Below, one piece after another: positions 9,084 to 18,235 of a stretch of DNA of 40,044 nt (positions are counted from its first letter, which is position 1; each line of letters starts with the position of its first letter). Made by a program: the position numbers and the translations under genes. The notes beneath the pieces were generated by a model. It did no database searches. It saw nothing but the letters and a program-made list of their open reading frames with translations, and was not told the origin of the DNA. The stretch is from Candidatus Acidiferrales bacterium (GTDB lineage: Bacteria; Acidobacteriota; Terriglobia; Acidiferrales; UBA7541), in contig JASHRI010000055.1 in the NCBI GenBank assembly GCA_030037435.1, forward strand, positions 1 through 40,044, given 5' to 3'.

Positions 9084-9959
9084 GTGCCGCTCGCAGCGGA
9101 AGATCGCGTGGAATTGCTTGCAGTGCTGACGTTCGATGCCGACGCGTCGATTTCGGAACGCGCCCAAGGCGTGATGCTGACGCTCCCTGCCGAGCATTTT
9201 CTTTCAGCACTGGCTCGACCCGACGCCGACCGGCACCTTTTTGCGTATTGTGCCGACAACATGGCAGAGAAAACCGGAATAGCCGACGCGTTGGCAAAGA
9301 ATGCGGCATGTCCCACCGCGGATGTCGCTCGCGTGGCGCCGCAACTGACCTCCGCAGGTATTCAGGCGTTGCTCGACAATTTAGAGCGCCTCATTTCCGA
9401 TCCGCAGTTGGTGCTGGCAGTTGGAAAGTCGCCGGTGGCTAGTGCCGAACAGCGGGAATTGCTGGCCGAAATGGAGAAAGGCGCGATGTCCATGGCGGAA
9501 ATCGAGGAAGCAGCGGCGGAAATCGAGCCGGACAAAGTGAAGAGAGAAACGCTGATGCATCGCTTGGCGCATATGAACGTGGTGCAGAGATTAACGCTCG
9601 CGCTCAAGGGTGGTCGCAGCGAGCGCATGATGCTGATCCGCGACCCGAACAAGCTTGTCCAGCGGTGCGTGCTGCAATCGCCCCGGCTCACCGAGACAGA
9701 AGTGGAAAATTTCGCGTCGATGAGCAACCTGCCTGGCGAAATTTTGCGGCAGATTTCGCTCACGCGCCTCTTCATGAAGAATTACTCAGTGGTACGAAAT
9801 TTGGTGAACAATCCAAAGACGCCGCTGGACGTTTCTCTTCATCTTTTCCCACGGCTCACGACAACGGACCTCGTGAAGCTCACCGCGAATAAGAACGTTC
9901 CTGAAACGCTCCGCTCGTCGGCTGTAAAGCTTCACCGCAAACGAAAAATGGGCGGCTAG
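9084..9959 (+). CDS. Hypothetical alpha-helical repeat protein (HEAT/LRV-like)
   Basis: 291-aa ORF from the first canonical start (GTG at 9084). It contains repeated helical motifs ending NLVNNPKTPLDVSLHLFPRLTTTDLVKLTANKNVPETL. The frame is open back to 8982, so the true start may be further upstream (see findings). Confidence 0.65.
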   Translation: MPLAAEDRVELLAVLTFDADASISERAQGVMLTLPAEHFLSALARPDADRHLFAYCADNMAEKTGIADALAKNAACPTADVARVAPQLTSAGIQALLDNLERLISDPQLVLAVGKSPVASAEQRELLAEMEKGAMSMAEIEEAAAEIEPDKVKRETLMHRLAHMNVVQRLTLALKGGRSERMMLIRDPNKLVQRCVLQSPRLTETEVENFASMSNLPGEILRQISLTRLFMKNYSVVRNLVNNPKTPLDVSLHLFPRLTTTDLVKLTANKNVPETLRSSAVKLHRKRKMGG

Positions 9960-10164
9960 TTGGCCACCGACCGTTCCCGCCGGCCGCGGCACGATGAAAT
10001 TCTGCGCGCACTGGAACGAGTCTGCGAAGTATGCTAAGAAAACTTTGCTGCCTGGTCTTAGGTGGCAGTTCTGCTTCCGGGAACTCGGGGATCCCGAAGC
10101 GATCCATTCCAGGGAAACCATCCGCAAGAATCGGTCGATTGCAAATGTCTGCGAGGCGTGAATT

Positions 10165-11349
10165 GTGGCAGCTGCGGCGCCGTTAACCGAAGGATCGGTG
10201 GTGATCAGCCCGCGCGGCGTGGAGCGCATCCGGGCCGGGCACCTTTGGGTCTACCGCAGCGATGTGCGCACCGCCCAGGCGGAGCCGGGAGCTGTGGTCC
10301 GCGTGACCGACGAGCGCGGCCGCTTCCACGGTCGTGCCTTCTATAGCGATCGGTCGCAGATCTCCATTCGACTTGTTGCACGTGAAGACATTCTGATCGA
10401 CCGCGCATTCCTTGCGGCCCGTCTGCGACGTGCGGCGGAATATCGCAAGCTGATCGTCGAAAATTCAGATGCATTCCGGTTGGTCTATAGCGAGGCGGAT
10501 CTCTTGCCATCCCTGATTGTGGATCGATATGGCGACTACCTCGTCGTGCAGACGCTGAGCCAGTCGACTGAGCGTCTGAAAGGCCTTCTGATCGAACTGC
10601 TCGTGGAGCTCTTCTCACCCAAGGGGATCATTGAACGCAACGATCCCAGAGTTCGTCTCCTCGAAGGACTCGACCAGCGGGTCAGCATTCTTTACGGCCA
10701 AGTTCCATCCGAAGTCGTCGCCAGGGAGAACGGCATCGCGTTTTCCTGCGATCTATCCGGAGGCCAGAAGACGGGGTCCTTTCTTGACCAAAGGGAAAAC
10801 CATTGGGCGGCCCGGCGCTACGCCTCGGGACATGCCCTCGATTGTTTCAGCTACCAGGGAGGATTTGCGCTGACTGTCGCCGATCAGTGCGAGCGCGTCG
10901 AGGCGGTGGACATGGCCCCCGCGGCCCTCGCTTCGGCCCGCCGCAACCAGGAGTTGAACTCAATCTCCAATGTGCATTTCCGCGAAGGAAACACGTTTGA
11001 CGTCCTAAAGGAATGCGACGAGATGGGCCGCCGATTTCGAATGGTCATTCTCGATCCTCCTGCCTTCGCCAAGAACCGCGACAGCATTCCTGCCGCCCAT
11101 CGTGGCTATAAGGAAATCAATCTCCGCGCTCTCAAGCTGCTCGAGCCGGGCGGCTTTCTGCTGACCTGTTCCTGCTCCTACCACATCACCGAAGCGCTAT
11201 TCTTGCAGATCCTGGCCGAGGCCGCCAACGACGCCCGTCGCACGGTTGCCGTCGTCGAGCGCCGAACCCAGGCGCAAGACCACCCCATTCTCCTCACGAT
11301 GCCCGAAACGCACTACCTTAAGTGCCTTGTAATAAAAGTCCTTGAGTAG
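10165..11349 (+). CDS. rlmI: Class I SAM-dependent rRNA (cytosine-C5) methyltransferase, RlmI/YwbD-like (PUA plus MTase)
   Basis: 394-aa ORF. It has an N-terminal PUA-like segment (RIRAGHLWVYRSDV), the motifs GQKTGSFLDQRENH and VILDPPAFAK, and a C-terminal HYLKCLVIKV typical of this family. Confidence 0.8.
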   Translation: MAAAAPLTEGSVVISPRGVERIRAGHLWVYRSDVRTAQAEPGAVVRVTDERGRFHGRAFYSDRSQISIRLVAREDILIDRAFLAARLRRAAEYRKLIVENSDAFRLVYSEADLLPSLIVDRYGDYLVVQTLSQSTERLKGLLIELLVELFSPKGIIERNDPRVRLLEGLDQRVSILYGQVPSEVVARENGIAFSCDLSGGQKTGSFLDQRENHWAARRYASGHALDCFSYQGGFALTVADQCERVEAVDMAPAALASARRNQELNSISNVHFREGNTFDVLKECDEMGRRFRMVILDPPAFAKNRDSIPAAHRGYKEINLRALKLLEPGGFLLTCSCSYHITEALFLQILAEAANDARRTVAVVERRTQAQDHPILLTMPETHYLKCLVIKVLE

Positions 11350-11406
11350 ATGTATATATATGTAAATACTGTAATTAACTGTTAAATTGGCGCGAGATGA
11401 TTGTAC

Positions 11407-11435
11407 TTGACAATAGCGCGCTAATATTTTATATT
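11407..11435 (+). promoter_or_regulatory. Candidate sigma-70 promoter of hsp20(-clpB-htpX) with a 10-bp palindrome in the spacer
   Basis: TTGACA at 11407-11412, a 17-nt spacer and TATATT at 11430-11435. The spacer contains the perfect palindrome TAGCGCGCTA (11414-11423). The promoter lies in a roughly 100-bp AT-rich island that is unusual for this window. Confidence 0.55.
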
Positions 11436-11487
11436 CACGCTGCGCTAAATACTCGTGAAGACTTCTGGAATGCGGGAGGATATACAG

Positions 11488-11940
11488 ATGAGTTCAATTA
11501 CGAGTTGGCAGCCGTTTCGGAATCTGGGACTGCAGGAACAAGTAAACCGCCTATTTGAGGCGTCGTTCCCGAGCCGTCCCGACAACTCGGCCCTGACCAG
11601 CTGGGCGCCGCCGGTAGACATCTACGAGACGGAAAACGAGTTGGTCGTGAAGGCCGATTTGCCGGACTTGAACGAGAAAGACCTGGACGTCCGGGTCGAG
11701 AACAACATGCTGACGATCCGCGGCGAACGAAAATTCGAGCAGCACGTGAAGGAAGACAATTACCTGCGAGTCGAGAGAACCTACGGGTCATTCAGCCGGA
11801 GTTTCAGCTTGCCGAATACGGTAAACACCGACGGGATCAAGGCCGAATACAAAAACGGCGTCTTGACGGTGGAGTTGCCGAAGCGGGCCGAATCCAAGCC
11901 GAAGCAAGTAAAGATCAGTGTAAACGGAAACCACAACTAA
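11488..11940 (+). CDS. Hsp20/alpha-crystallin family small heat-shock protein
   Basis: The start is set at the ATG at 11488 (MSSITSWQPF...), which has GGGAGGA 7 nt upstream. The track ORF begins earlier, at the GTG at 11455. The alpha-crystallin core reads PPVDIYETENELVVKADLPDLNEKDLDVRVENNMLTIRGERK...YGSFSRSFSLP...AEYKNGVLTVELPK. Confidence 0.9.
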   Translation: MSSITSWQPFRNLGLQEQVNRLFEASFPSRPDNSALTSWAPPVDIYETENELVVKADLPDLNEKDLDVRVENNMLTIRGERKFEQHVKEDNYLRVERTYGSFSRSFSLPNTVNTDGIKAEYKNGVLTVELPKRAESKPKQVKISVNGNHN

Positions 11941-11946
11941 GCGTTG

Positions 11947-12001
11947 CCCACGCGCCCGGAGCCCGGCTCGAGCCGGCTCCTCCGCGCGGGGGAAATCTTT
12001 T
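11947..12001 (+). terminator. GC-rich imperfect stem-loop plus short U-tract between hsp20 and clpB (partial terminator or attenuator)
   Basis: Hand-folded: about 18 bp of pairing across 11947-11991 around a tcga loop (ggagc-c-cggc tcga gccggctcc, extended by cccacgcgc/gcgcgggg). It is followed by aaaucuuuu. Confidence 0.45.
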
Positions 12002-12032
12002 GCGACAAAACAGAACGTGAGAAAATCGGACC

Positions 12033-14645
12033 ATGCTGCGATTCGACAAGTTCACGGTTAAGGCCCAGGAAGCGCTCCAAAGCGCCCAGGAGATGGCGGG
12101 GCGTTCCGGGCAGCAGCTGATTGAGCCGATGCATCTGCTGTGGGCGCTCATTGCCCAGAGCGACGGCGTGGTTCCCCCACTTCTCGAAAAACTAGGTGCG
12201 ACGCCTGCAAGCCTGAGTGCGGAAATCGAAAAGCAGGTCGGGCGCCTTCCGAAAGTTTCGGGTGTTTCCAGCCAATCGCTGAGCCAGAAATCGAACGATG
12301 TGCTCGAAAAAGCGTTTGACGAGGCCGAGCGGCTTAAAGACGAGTACGTCTCAACCGAGCACATTTTATTGGCCATCGCGGGAGCTCACGGTGATCCCGC
12401 GGAGCAAGTGCTTGCGCGAAGCGGCGTAACCCACGACGCGATTTTGCAGGCGATGACCGCGATTCGAGGCAGCCATCGCGTGACGTCGCAGAACCCCGAA
12501 GCCACTTATCGCGCGATCGAGCAATATGCGCGTGATCTGACGGAGCTGGCCCGGAGAGGCAAGCTCGATCCGGTGATTGGCCGCGACGAGGAAATTCGGC
12601 GCGTCATGCAGATTCTGGCCCGCCGGACGAAAAATAATCCCGTGCTGATTGGCGAGCCCGGCGTAGGCAAGACCGCGATCGTTGAAGGCCTGGCACAGCG
12701 AATCGTGGCCGGCGACGTGCCGGAGGTGCTGAAGCCGAAGCGGATCGTCGCGCTCGACCTAGCCGCCCTGGTGGCAGGCGCGAAATATCGCGGCGAGTTT
12801 GAGGACCGTCTGAAAGCGCTGCTGAAGGAAGTGAGCGAATCCGAAGGCCAGATCATTCTGTTCATCGACGAACTGCACACGCTAGTGGGAGCAGGCGCCG
12901 CCGAGGGCTCGATGGACGCCTCGAACATGCTGAAACCAGCGCTGGCGCGCGGCGAATTGCGAGCTATCGGTGCTACCACACTCAACGAATACCGCAAATA
13001 TATCGAGAAGGATCCCGCACTCGAGCGGCGCTTCCAGCCGGTCACTATCGGCGAACCGTCCATCGAAGACACCATCGCCATTTTGCGCGGGTTGAAAGAG
13101 CGCTATGAAGTGCACCATGGGGTTCGCATCAAGGACGCGGCTATTGTGGCCGCGGCGATGCTTTCCCAGCGCTACATCACCGACCGTTTCCTCCCCGACA
13201 AAGCCATCGACCTAGTGGATGAAGCTGCCGCCGGATTGCGCATGGAGATCGATTCATTGCCGGCGGAAATCGACGAGATCGAGCGCCGCGTTTTGCAACT
13301 CGAAATTGAGCGGCAGGCCCTGCGCAAGGAATCCGATGCACATTCGCGCGAGCGCCTTTCGCAAATCGAGAAGGACCTGAGCACGCTCCGCGAACAATCG
13401 AGCGGCCTCAAGGCGCGCTGGCAAACCGAGAAGGATGCGATCGGGCGCATTCGTAAACAGAAGGAAGAGATTGAGCGCCTGAAGGCGGAAGAGCAGCGCT
13501 ATGAGCGCGCCGGCGATCTTTCGCGCGTGGCGGAAATTCGATATGGCAAGCTCTCTGCAGCCGAAAAGGGATTGAAGACAGCGCAAGACCGCCTTGCGGA
13601 GCTGCAAAAAGACCACCCGATGCTCAAGGAAGAAGTGGGCGAGGAAGAGATCGCGAAGATCGTGAGCAAATGGACCGGCATTCCGGTGGGTCGCCTGCTC
13701 GAAGGCGAAATCGAGAAGCTGGTGCACATGGAAGAACGCCTGCGCCAGCGCGTGGTGGGCCAGGATGCCGCGTTGATGAGCGTTGCGAATGCGATTCGAC
13801 GCAGCCGCTCCGGCCTAAGCGATCCGCACCGCCCAATCGGTTCGTTCCTATTTCTCGGGCCCACGGGCGTGGGCAAGACTGAGCTGGCGCGCGCGCTTGC
13901 GGAATTCTTGTTTGACAATGAGCGGGCCATCGTTCGTCTGGATATGTCTGAGTATATGGAGAAGCACTCGGTGGCGCGAATGATCGGCGCCCCTCCGGGC
14001 TACGTTGGCTATGAAGAGGGTGGACAGCTTACGGAACAGGTGCGACGGCACCCGTACTCGGTCGTTCTCCTGGATGAAATCGAGAAGGCGCATCCGGACG
14101 TGTTCAATGTTCTGCTGCAAATCCTGGAAGACGGCCGGTTGACCGATGGAAAAGGCCGCACAGTGGATTTTCGCAATACCGTAGTCATTATGACTTCCAA
14201 CGTCGGCTCGACAGCAATCTTCGAACTGGCGGACAAGGATCCGAAGAAGGCGCGCGAAGAGGCAATGGCCGCTCTGCGCCAGACGTTCCGTCCTGAATTT
14301 CTTAACAGGATTGACGATATCGTGCTGTTCCAGCCGCTCGGAAAGCAACAGATCGAGAGTATCATTGAGCTGCAAATGGCATCTTTCATGAAGCGAGTGG
14401 CTGAAAAGCAGGTAACGCTTACTCTCACTGCGTCGGCGAAAGCGCTTCTGTTCCGAGAAGGCTACGATCCGGCATATGGAGCGCGCCCGATGAAGCGCGC
14501 CATTCAACGGCTGATTCAAGACCCGCTGGCGCTGAAGCTCCTCGACGGCGAGGTGAAGCCGGGCGACCACGTGGCTGTGGATGCCGATGCCAAAACAGGC
14601 GAAATGAAATTCAAACGTGAAGCCGCGAAAATGAGCGCTGCCTAG
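12033..14645 (+). CDS. clpB: ATP-dependent chaperone/disaggregase ClpB
   Basis: 870-aa ORF with a Clp N-domain and two AAA+ modules ([15 protein letters not shown]; [15 protein letters not shown]). A long coiled-coil M-domain lies between them, and the length is typical of ClpB. Confidence 0.97.
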   Translation: MLRFDKFTVKAQEALQSAQEMAGRSGQQLIEPMHLLWALIAQSDGVVPPLLEKLGATPASLSAEIEKQVGRLPKVSGVSSQSLSQKSNDVLEKAFDEAERLKDEYVSTEHILLAIAGAHGDPAEQVLARSGVTHDAILQAMTAIRGSHRVTSQNPEATYRAIEQYARDLTELARRGKLDPVIGRDEEIRRVMQILARRTKNNPVLIGEPGVGKTAIVEGLAQRIVAGDVPEVLKPKRIVALDLAALVAGAKYRGEFEDRLKALLKEVSESEGQIILFIDELHTLVGAGAAEGSMDASNMLKPALARGELRAIGATTLNEYRKYIEKDPALERRFQPVTIGEPSIEDTIAILRGLKERYEVHHGVRIKDAAIVAAAMLSQRYITDRFLPDKAIDLVDEAAAGLRMEIDSLPAEIDEIERRVLQLEIERQALRKESDAHSRERLSQIEKDLSTLREQSSGLKARWQTEKDAIGRIRKQKEEIERLKAEEQRYERAGDLSRVAEIRYGKLSAAEKGLKTAQDRLAELQKDHPMLKEEVGEEEIAKIVSKWTGIPVGRLLEGEIEKLVHMEERLRQRVVGQDAALMSVANAIRRSRSGLSDPHRPIGSFLFLGPTGVGKTELARALAEFLFDNERAIVRLDMSEYMEKHSVARMIGAPPGYVGYEEGGQLTEQVRRHPYSVVLLDEIEKAHPDVFNVLLQILEDGRLTDGKGRTVDFRNTVVIMTSNVGSTAIFELADKDPKKAREEAMAALRQTFRPEFLNRIDDIVLFQPLGKQQIESIIELQMASFMKRVAEKQVTLTLTASAKALLFREGYDPAYGARPMKRAIQRLIQDPLALKLLDGEVKPGDHVAVDADAKTGEMKFKREAAKMSAA

Positions 14646-14666
14646 CCACGCTCAGGGGGTATCACG

Positions 14667-15521
14667 ATGAAAACTCTCAAAACAGCATTTCTACTGACCG
14701 CTCTCACGCTGCTACTGCTATTCATCGGTCAAGCGTTTGGCGGACGGGGCGGCATGACGATCGCACTCGTTATCGCCATCCTCATGAACGGCATCGCGTA
14801 CTTCTTCTCGGACAAAATTGCTCTCATGTCCAGCGGCGCCCGGCCCATCAGCCGCGAACAATCGCCGCGTCTTTACGCCGTAATGGAACGCCTCGCGGCG
14901 AAAGCGAACTTGCCGGTACCCAAGCTCTACATGATTCCGCAAGCCGCGCCGAATGCTTTCGCCACCGGCCGCAATCCTCACCACGCTTCCGTGGCCGTCA
15001 CCCAAGGCCTAATGGAACTGATGAATGATGAGGAGCTCGAGGGCGTGATTGCCCACGAGCTGTCGCATGTTCGCAACTACGACATTCTCACGTCTTCCAT
15101 TGCTGCAACCATCGCCGGGGCCGTGACTTGGCTGGCGGAAATGGGCCGATGGGGAATGATCTTCGGCGGGTTCGGTGGCGGCGATCGGGATCGCGATGGT
15201 GGAGGGTTGACCGCGATTTTGATGCTGATTCTAGCTCCTCTTGCGGCGATGCTTTTGCAGCTCGGCATTTCCCGGCAGCGGGAATATCAAGCGGACGCCT
15301 CGGGCGCAAAGATGGTTGGGCATCCCTATGGCTTAATCAGCGCACTCGAAAAACTCGGGGCGTACAACAAGCGAATCCCGATGAACATTCCGCCGTCGAC
15401 ATCGGCACTTTGCATCGTTGCCCCGCTTTCCGCGGGGCGAATGCTATCGGGCCTCTTCAGCACCCACCCTCAATTGGCGGATCGCATCGCCAGGCTGCGC
15501 AGCATGAGCGTCACGCGCTAA
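14667..15521 (+). CDS. htpX: Zinc metalloprotease HtpX (M48 family)
   Basis: 284-aa ORF with N-terminal TM helices, the HELSHV zinc motif and a C-terminal FSTHPQLADRIARL. It starts 21 nt after clpB and has an AGGGGG SD. Confidence 0.93.
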   Translation: MKTLKTAFLLTALTLLLLFIGQAFGGRGGMTIALVIAILMNGIAYFFSDKIALMSSGARPISREQSPRLYAVMERLAAKANLPVPKLYMIPQAAPNAFATGRNPHHASVAVTQGLMELMNDEELEGVIAHELSHVRNYDILTSSIAATIAGAVTWLAEMGRWGMIFGGFGGGDRDRDGGGLTAILMLILAPLAAMLLQLGISRQREYQADASGAKMVGHPYGLISALEKLGAYNKRIPMNIPPSTSALCIVAPLSAGRMLSGLFSTHPQLADRIARLRSMSVTR

Positions 15522-15838
15522 CCGCACGCGCTTCCCTTCTGGAAATGCCGAACGCGAATCACTGCGCCAGAAGAGCGCCAGTCACCCATTGCTAACGTGC
15601 CTTATAAGGCTGCCAAGGAAGCGAGAAAGCTGTCTCAAGTTGCAACTGGTCAGAAAAACATGGCGAACGCGTAAAAATTGCAGCATGGTGCCCTGGCGCA
15701 CATACGAGGATCCGATCGGGTATTCCAGGTAAATTATTGACATACATAGTCTTACAAGTGGGCTGGCCTCGCCGCGAATTTGGCGTCGCGCGTGCACTTT
15801 GCCCGTCCAGCAAGGGGTTTCCACGGGAGGCAACGAGA

Positions 15839-16675
15839 ATGCTTGAAGATACGCAAGTTACGCACGAAGCGCAGACGCCGCGATGGATCGGAATCGTCGT
15901 GGTAGTCATCGCGATTATTTCGCTTGTGGCCTTGGGTGCTGGGTGGACAGCAGCGAATCACACTTCGTCTCTAGCTCAAAACCTAGCGACGCAGATGCAG
16001 CAGCTTCGGCAGAACCAGGACGTTCTCAATCAGCGCATGGCGAAGGCTGAGGACACGAACGCGCAGTTGCTTGGCGAGCTCGGCGTGGTAACGGACAAGG
16101 TGAAGTTGACGGAAGGCGAACTGAGCCGCGCACGCCAGCAAACCAAAAAGATCAAGGCAGACGATGAGAAGCAACTAGCCGATTTGCAGTCGAGCTTCAA
16201 CGGCGAGTTGGCGACAAAGGCCAGCGTCGACGATGTGAACAAGCTGGGCACCGATGTGACCGGCGTGAAGACCGACCTCGACGCTACCAAGAACAGCCTC
16301 AACATGACCCGCGGCGAGTTCGGCACGCTGATCGCCAAGAATCATGACGAGGTCGAAGAACTCCGCCGACTCGGCGAGCGCGACTACTATGAGTTCACCA
16401 TCAACAAGAAGGGCGAGCGCGAAAAGGTGGGAGATCTCATGGTCGAGCTTCGCGGTGTAAACCAGAAGAAGAACCTATACACGGTGGCAATCTATGTGGA
16501 CGACACGCGGTATGACAAGCGGAATCGCTCAACGAACGAGCCGATTTACTTCTTCACGCACGGCAGCCGCGCCCCGCTTGAGTTCACCGTGAATCAAGTT
16601 GGCAAGAATAAGATCTCGGGCTACCTGAGCGTTCCGAAGGCGAATACGACGCACGCCCAGGCTTCCGGGAGCTAA
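15839..16675 (+). CDS. Hypothetical bitopic membrane protein: N-terminal TM helix, long coiled coil, C-terminal beta-rich domain
   Basis: The start is set at the ATG at 15839 (MLEDTQVTHE...), which has GGGAGG 9 nt upstream. The track ORF begins at 15737. The TM helix is WIGIVVVVIAIISLVALGAGW. About 150 aa of heptad-like Q/K/E/L-rich sequence follows. The C-terminal domain reads DYYEFTINKKGEREKVGDLMVELRGVN...YLSVPK. No family was recognised. Confidence 0.75.
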   Translation: MLEDTQVTHEAQTPRWIGIVVVVIAIISLVALGAGWTAANHTSSLAQNLATQMQQLRQNQDVLNQRMAKAEDTNAQLLGELGVVTDKVKLTEGELSRARQQTKKIKADDEKQLADLQSSFNGELATKASVDDVNKLGTDVTGVKTDLDATKNSLNMTRGEFGTLIAKNHDEVEELRRLGERDYYEFTINKKGEREKVGDLMVELRGVNQKKNLYTVAIYVDDTRYDKRNRSTNEPIYFFTHGSRAPLEFTVNQVGKNKISGYLSVPKANTTHAQASGS

Positions 16676-16724
16676 ACCTACGGCTGGCCGTCACCCTGGC
16701 GGGAACCGCAGCTGGCAAGACAGA

Positions 16725-16761
16725 ATGGGCGTTCCGGTCGACCGGAACGCCCATTTTTTTT
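16725..16761 (+). terminator. Rho-independent terminator
   Basis: Perfect 14-nt inverted repeat ATGGGCGTTCCGGT/ACCGGAACGCCCAT (16725-16754) followed by a T8 run (16754-16761), 50 nt after the stop at 16675. Confidence 0.85.
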
Positions 16762-16765
16762 GCGT

Positions 16766-16936
16766 CTATTCAGCCCTGTTCAGGGCCCGCATCTTGCGGC
16801 TGAGGAATCGCTTGGCCAGCATGGGCAGCTTGTCGTGCGGTAGCTTGCCCTGTTCGTAGAGCTTCACCTTGGCCTTCGCGGCCTTGCGGCGCCGGCGCTG
16901 GCGCTTCTGCGCCAGGTAACGCTTTTCGTGAGCCAT
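16766..16936 (-). CDS. Small, highly basic hypothetical protein (56 aa)
   Basis: MAHEKRYLAQKRQRRRRKAAKAKVKLYEQGKLPHDKLPMLAKRFLSRKMRALNRAE. The ATG at 16936 is preceded by GGAGGA with 7-nt spacing, and a good promoter lies just upstream. The 85-aa version in the track would include that promoter. No family was recognised. Confidence 0.5.
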   Translation of the reverse strand: MAHEKRYLAQKRQRRRRKAAKAKVKLYEQGKLPHDKLPMLAKRFLSRKMRALNRAE

Positions 16937-16965
16937 CCATTTTCCTCCAAAAATAACGACATCCG

Positions 16966-16993
16966 ATTGTAACGGACTCGAAAACGGATGCAA
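16966..16993 (-). promoter_or_regulatory. Candidate sigma-70 promoter for the 56-aa basic protein (TTGCAT-16-TACAAT)
   Basis: Minus-strand reading gives TTGCAT (16993-16988), a 16-nt spacer and TACAAT (16971-16966), about 30 nt upstream of the ATG at 16936. Confidence 0.45.
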
Positions 16994-17052
16994 GCTCGGC
17001 TCTGGTTTCTGCGCCCGATTCATGTAGCATTCCGAAGTAGCTCCTGAAAACC

Positions 17053-18228
17053 ATGCCGACCAGCGTGATACATGCCGGCCGCATTCTGACTCCAGAAGAG
17101 GAGGTCAGCGATGCGGTGATCGTCGTAGAGGATGGCCGCATCGCGGCCCTCGGCCACCGCGATGAGATCCGCGTGCCTGCGGGTGCGGCCGACGTGGTCG
17201 CCGGCGACACCACCGTCGTTCCCGGATTTGTTGACGTGCATATTCACGGCGCAGGCGGACACGACGTGATGGAAGGAAACACGCGTGCGCTGGATCGCAT
17301 TACATCGACCGTAGCGCGCTATGGCACCACATCCATCGTTGCCACTACGGTCACGGCGCCGGTCGAGGACACCTGCCGAAGCCTCGAGGGAATCGCCCGG
17401 TACATCCGTCACCATGAAGCGCCGGACGCGAAAGGCCGTTGCGCCGCGGAAATTGTCGGGATTCATCTCGAAGGGCCTTTCATCAGCAAGACGCGTCGTG
17501 GCGTGCATCCGCCGGAAGCGCTCGCGAAGCCTTCGGTCGATCTGCTGAAGAAGTTTGTCGAGGCAGCCGATGGCCTGGTGAAGATCGTCACGATCGCGCC
17601 CGAATTGCCCGCGGCACCCGAGTTGATTCAGTTTGCGCTGGCCTCGAAGATCGTGGTCGCCCTGGGACACACCGATGCCGACTACGACCAGGCGCGCGCG
17701 GCGATTCGGTCGGGCGTGCGGCACGCCGTACACACATTCAACGCCATGCGCCCGTTTAATCACCGCGATCCCGGAGTGGTGGGTGCGATTCTGACCGACC
17801 CGGAAGTTACTGCCGAAGTGATTGCCGATGGAGTCCATGTAGCCGGCGCTGCGATTCAAGTGCTCATCGGATGCAAGGGGTTCGACACGGTGCTCCTGGC
17901 CAGCGACGGAATCGCCGCAACCGGCATGCCGGATGGGAATTATCAGCTTGGAAATTTCGAAGTAACGGTGAAAGGCGGCGTGTGCCGTAACTCGGAAGGA
18001 AAACTTGCTGGCAGCACGCTCACGCTTGATCGCGGGTTGCGCAATCTCGTCGCCCTCGGCGTGCCGCTCCGGGATGCCGTACGCATGGCCACGATTCTCC
18101 CGGCGCGACGGCTCGGCGTGGCGGGCGAAAAAGGAATTGTCGCCGTGGGAGCGGACGCGGACCTGGCAGTGCTGACACCAGACCTGCGCGTGGCAGGCGC
18201 AATGACGCGCGGCGTTGGCCTCACCTGA
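17053..18228 (+). CDS. nagA: N-acetylglucosamine-6-phosphate deacetylase
   Basis: 391-aa ORF in the amidohydrolase fold, with VVPGFVDVHIHGAGGHDVMEG, GIHLEGPFIS and HTFNAM motifs typical of NagA. Confidence 0.9.
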   Translation: MPTSVIHAGRILTPEEEVSDAVIVVEDGRIAALGHRDEIRVPAGAADVVAGDTTVVPGFVDVHIHGAGGHDVMEGNTRALDRITSTVARYGTTSIVATTVTAPVEDTCRSLEGIARYIRHHEAPDAKGRCAAEIVGIHLEGPFISKTRRGVHPPEALAKPSVDLLKKFVEAADGLVKIVTIAPELPAAPELIQFALASKIVVALGHTDADYDQARAAIRSGVRHAVHTFNAMRPFNHRDPGVVGAILTDPEVTAEVIADGVHVAGAAIQVLIGCKGFDTVLLASDGIAATGMPDGNYQLGNFEVTVKGGVCRNSEGKLAGSTLTLDRGLRNLVALGVPLRDAVRMATILPARRLGVAGEKGIVAVGADADLAVLTPDLRVAGAMTRGVGLT

Positions 18229-18235
18229 TGTAGGG

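Noticed and set aside
13848-14570. 240-aa minus-strand ORF (and others at 12506-13930) inside clpB
   Set aside because: They are antisense to ClpB, whose identity is unambiguous.
17020-17859. 279-aa minus-strand ORF overlapping nagA
   Set aside because: It is antisense to NagA, which has conserved metal-binding motifs. It would also run through the promoter region of the small basic protein.
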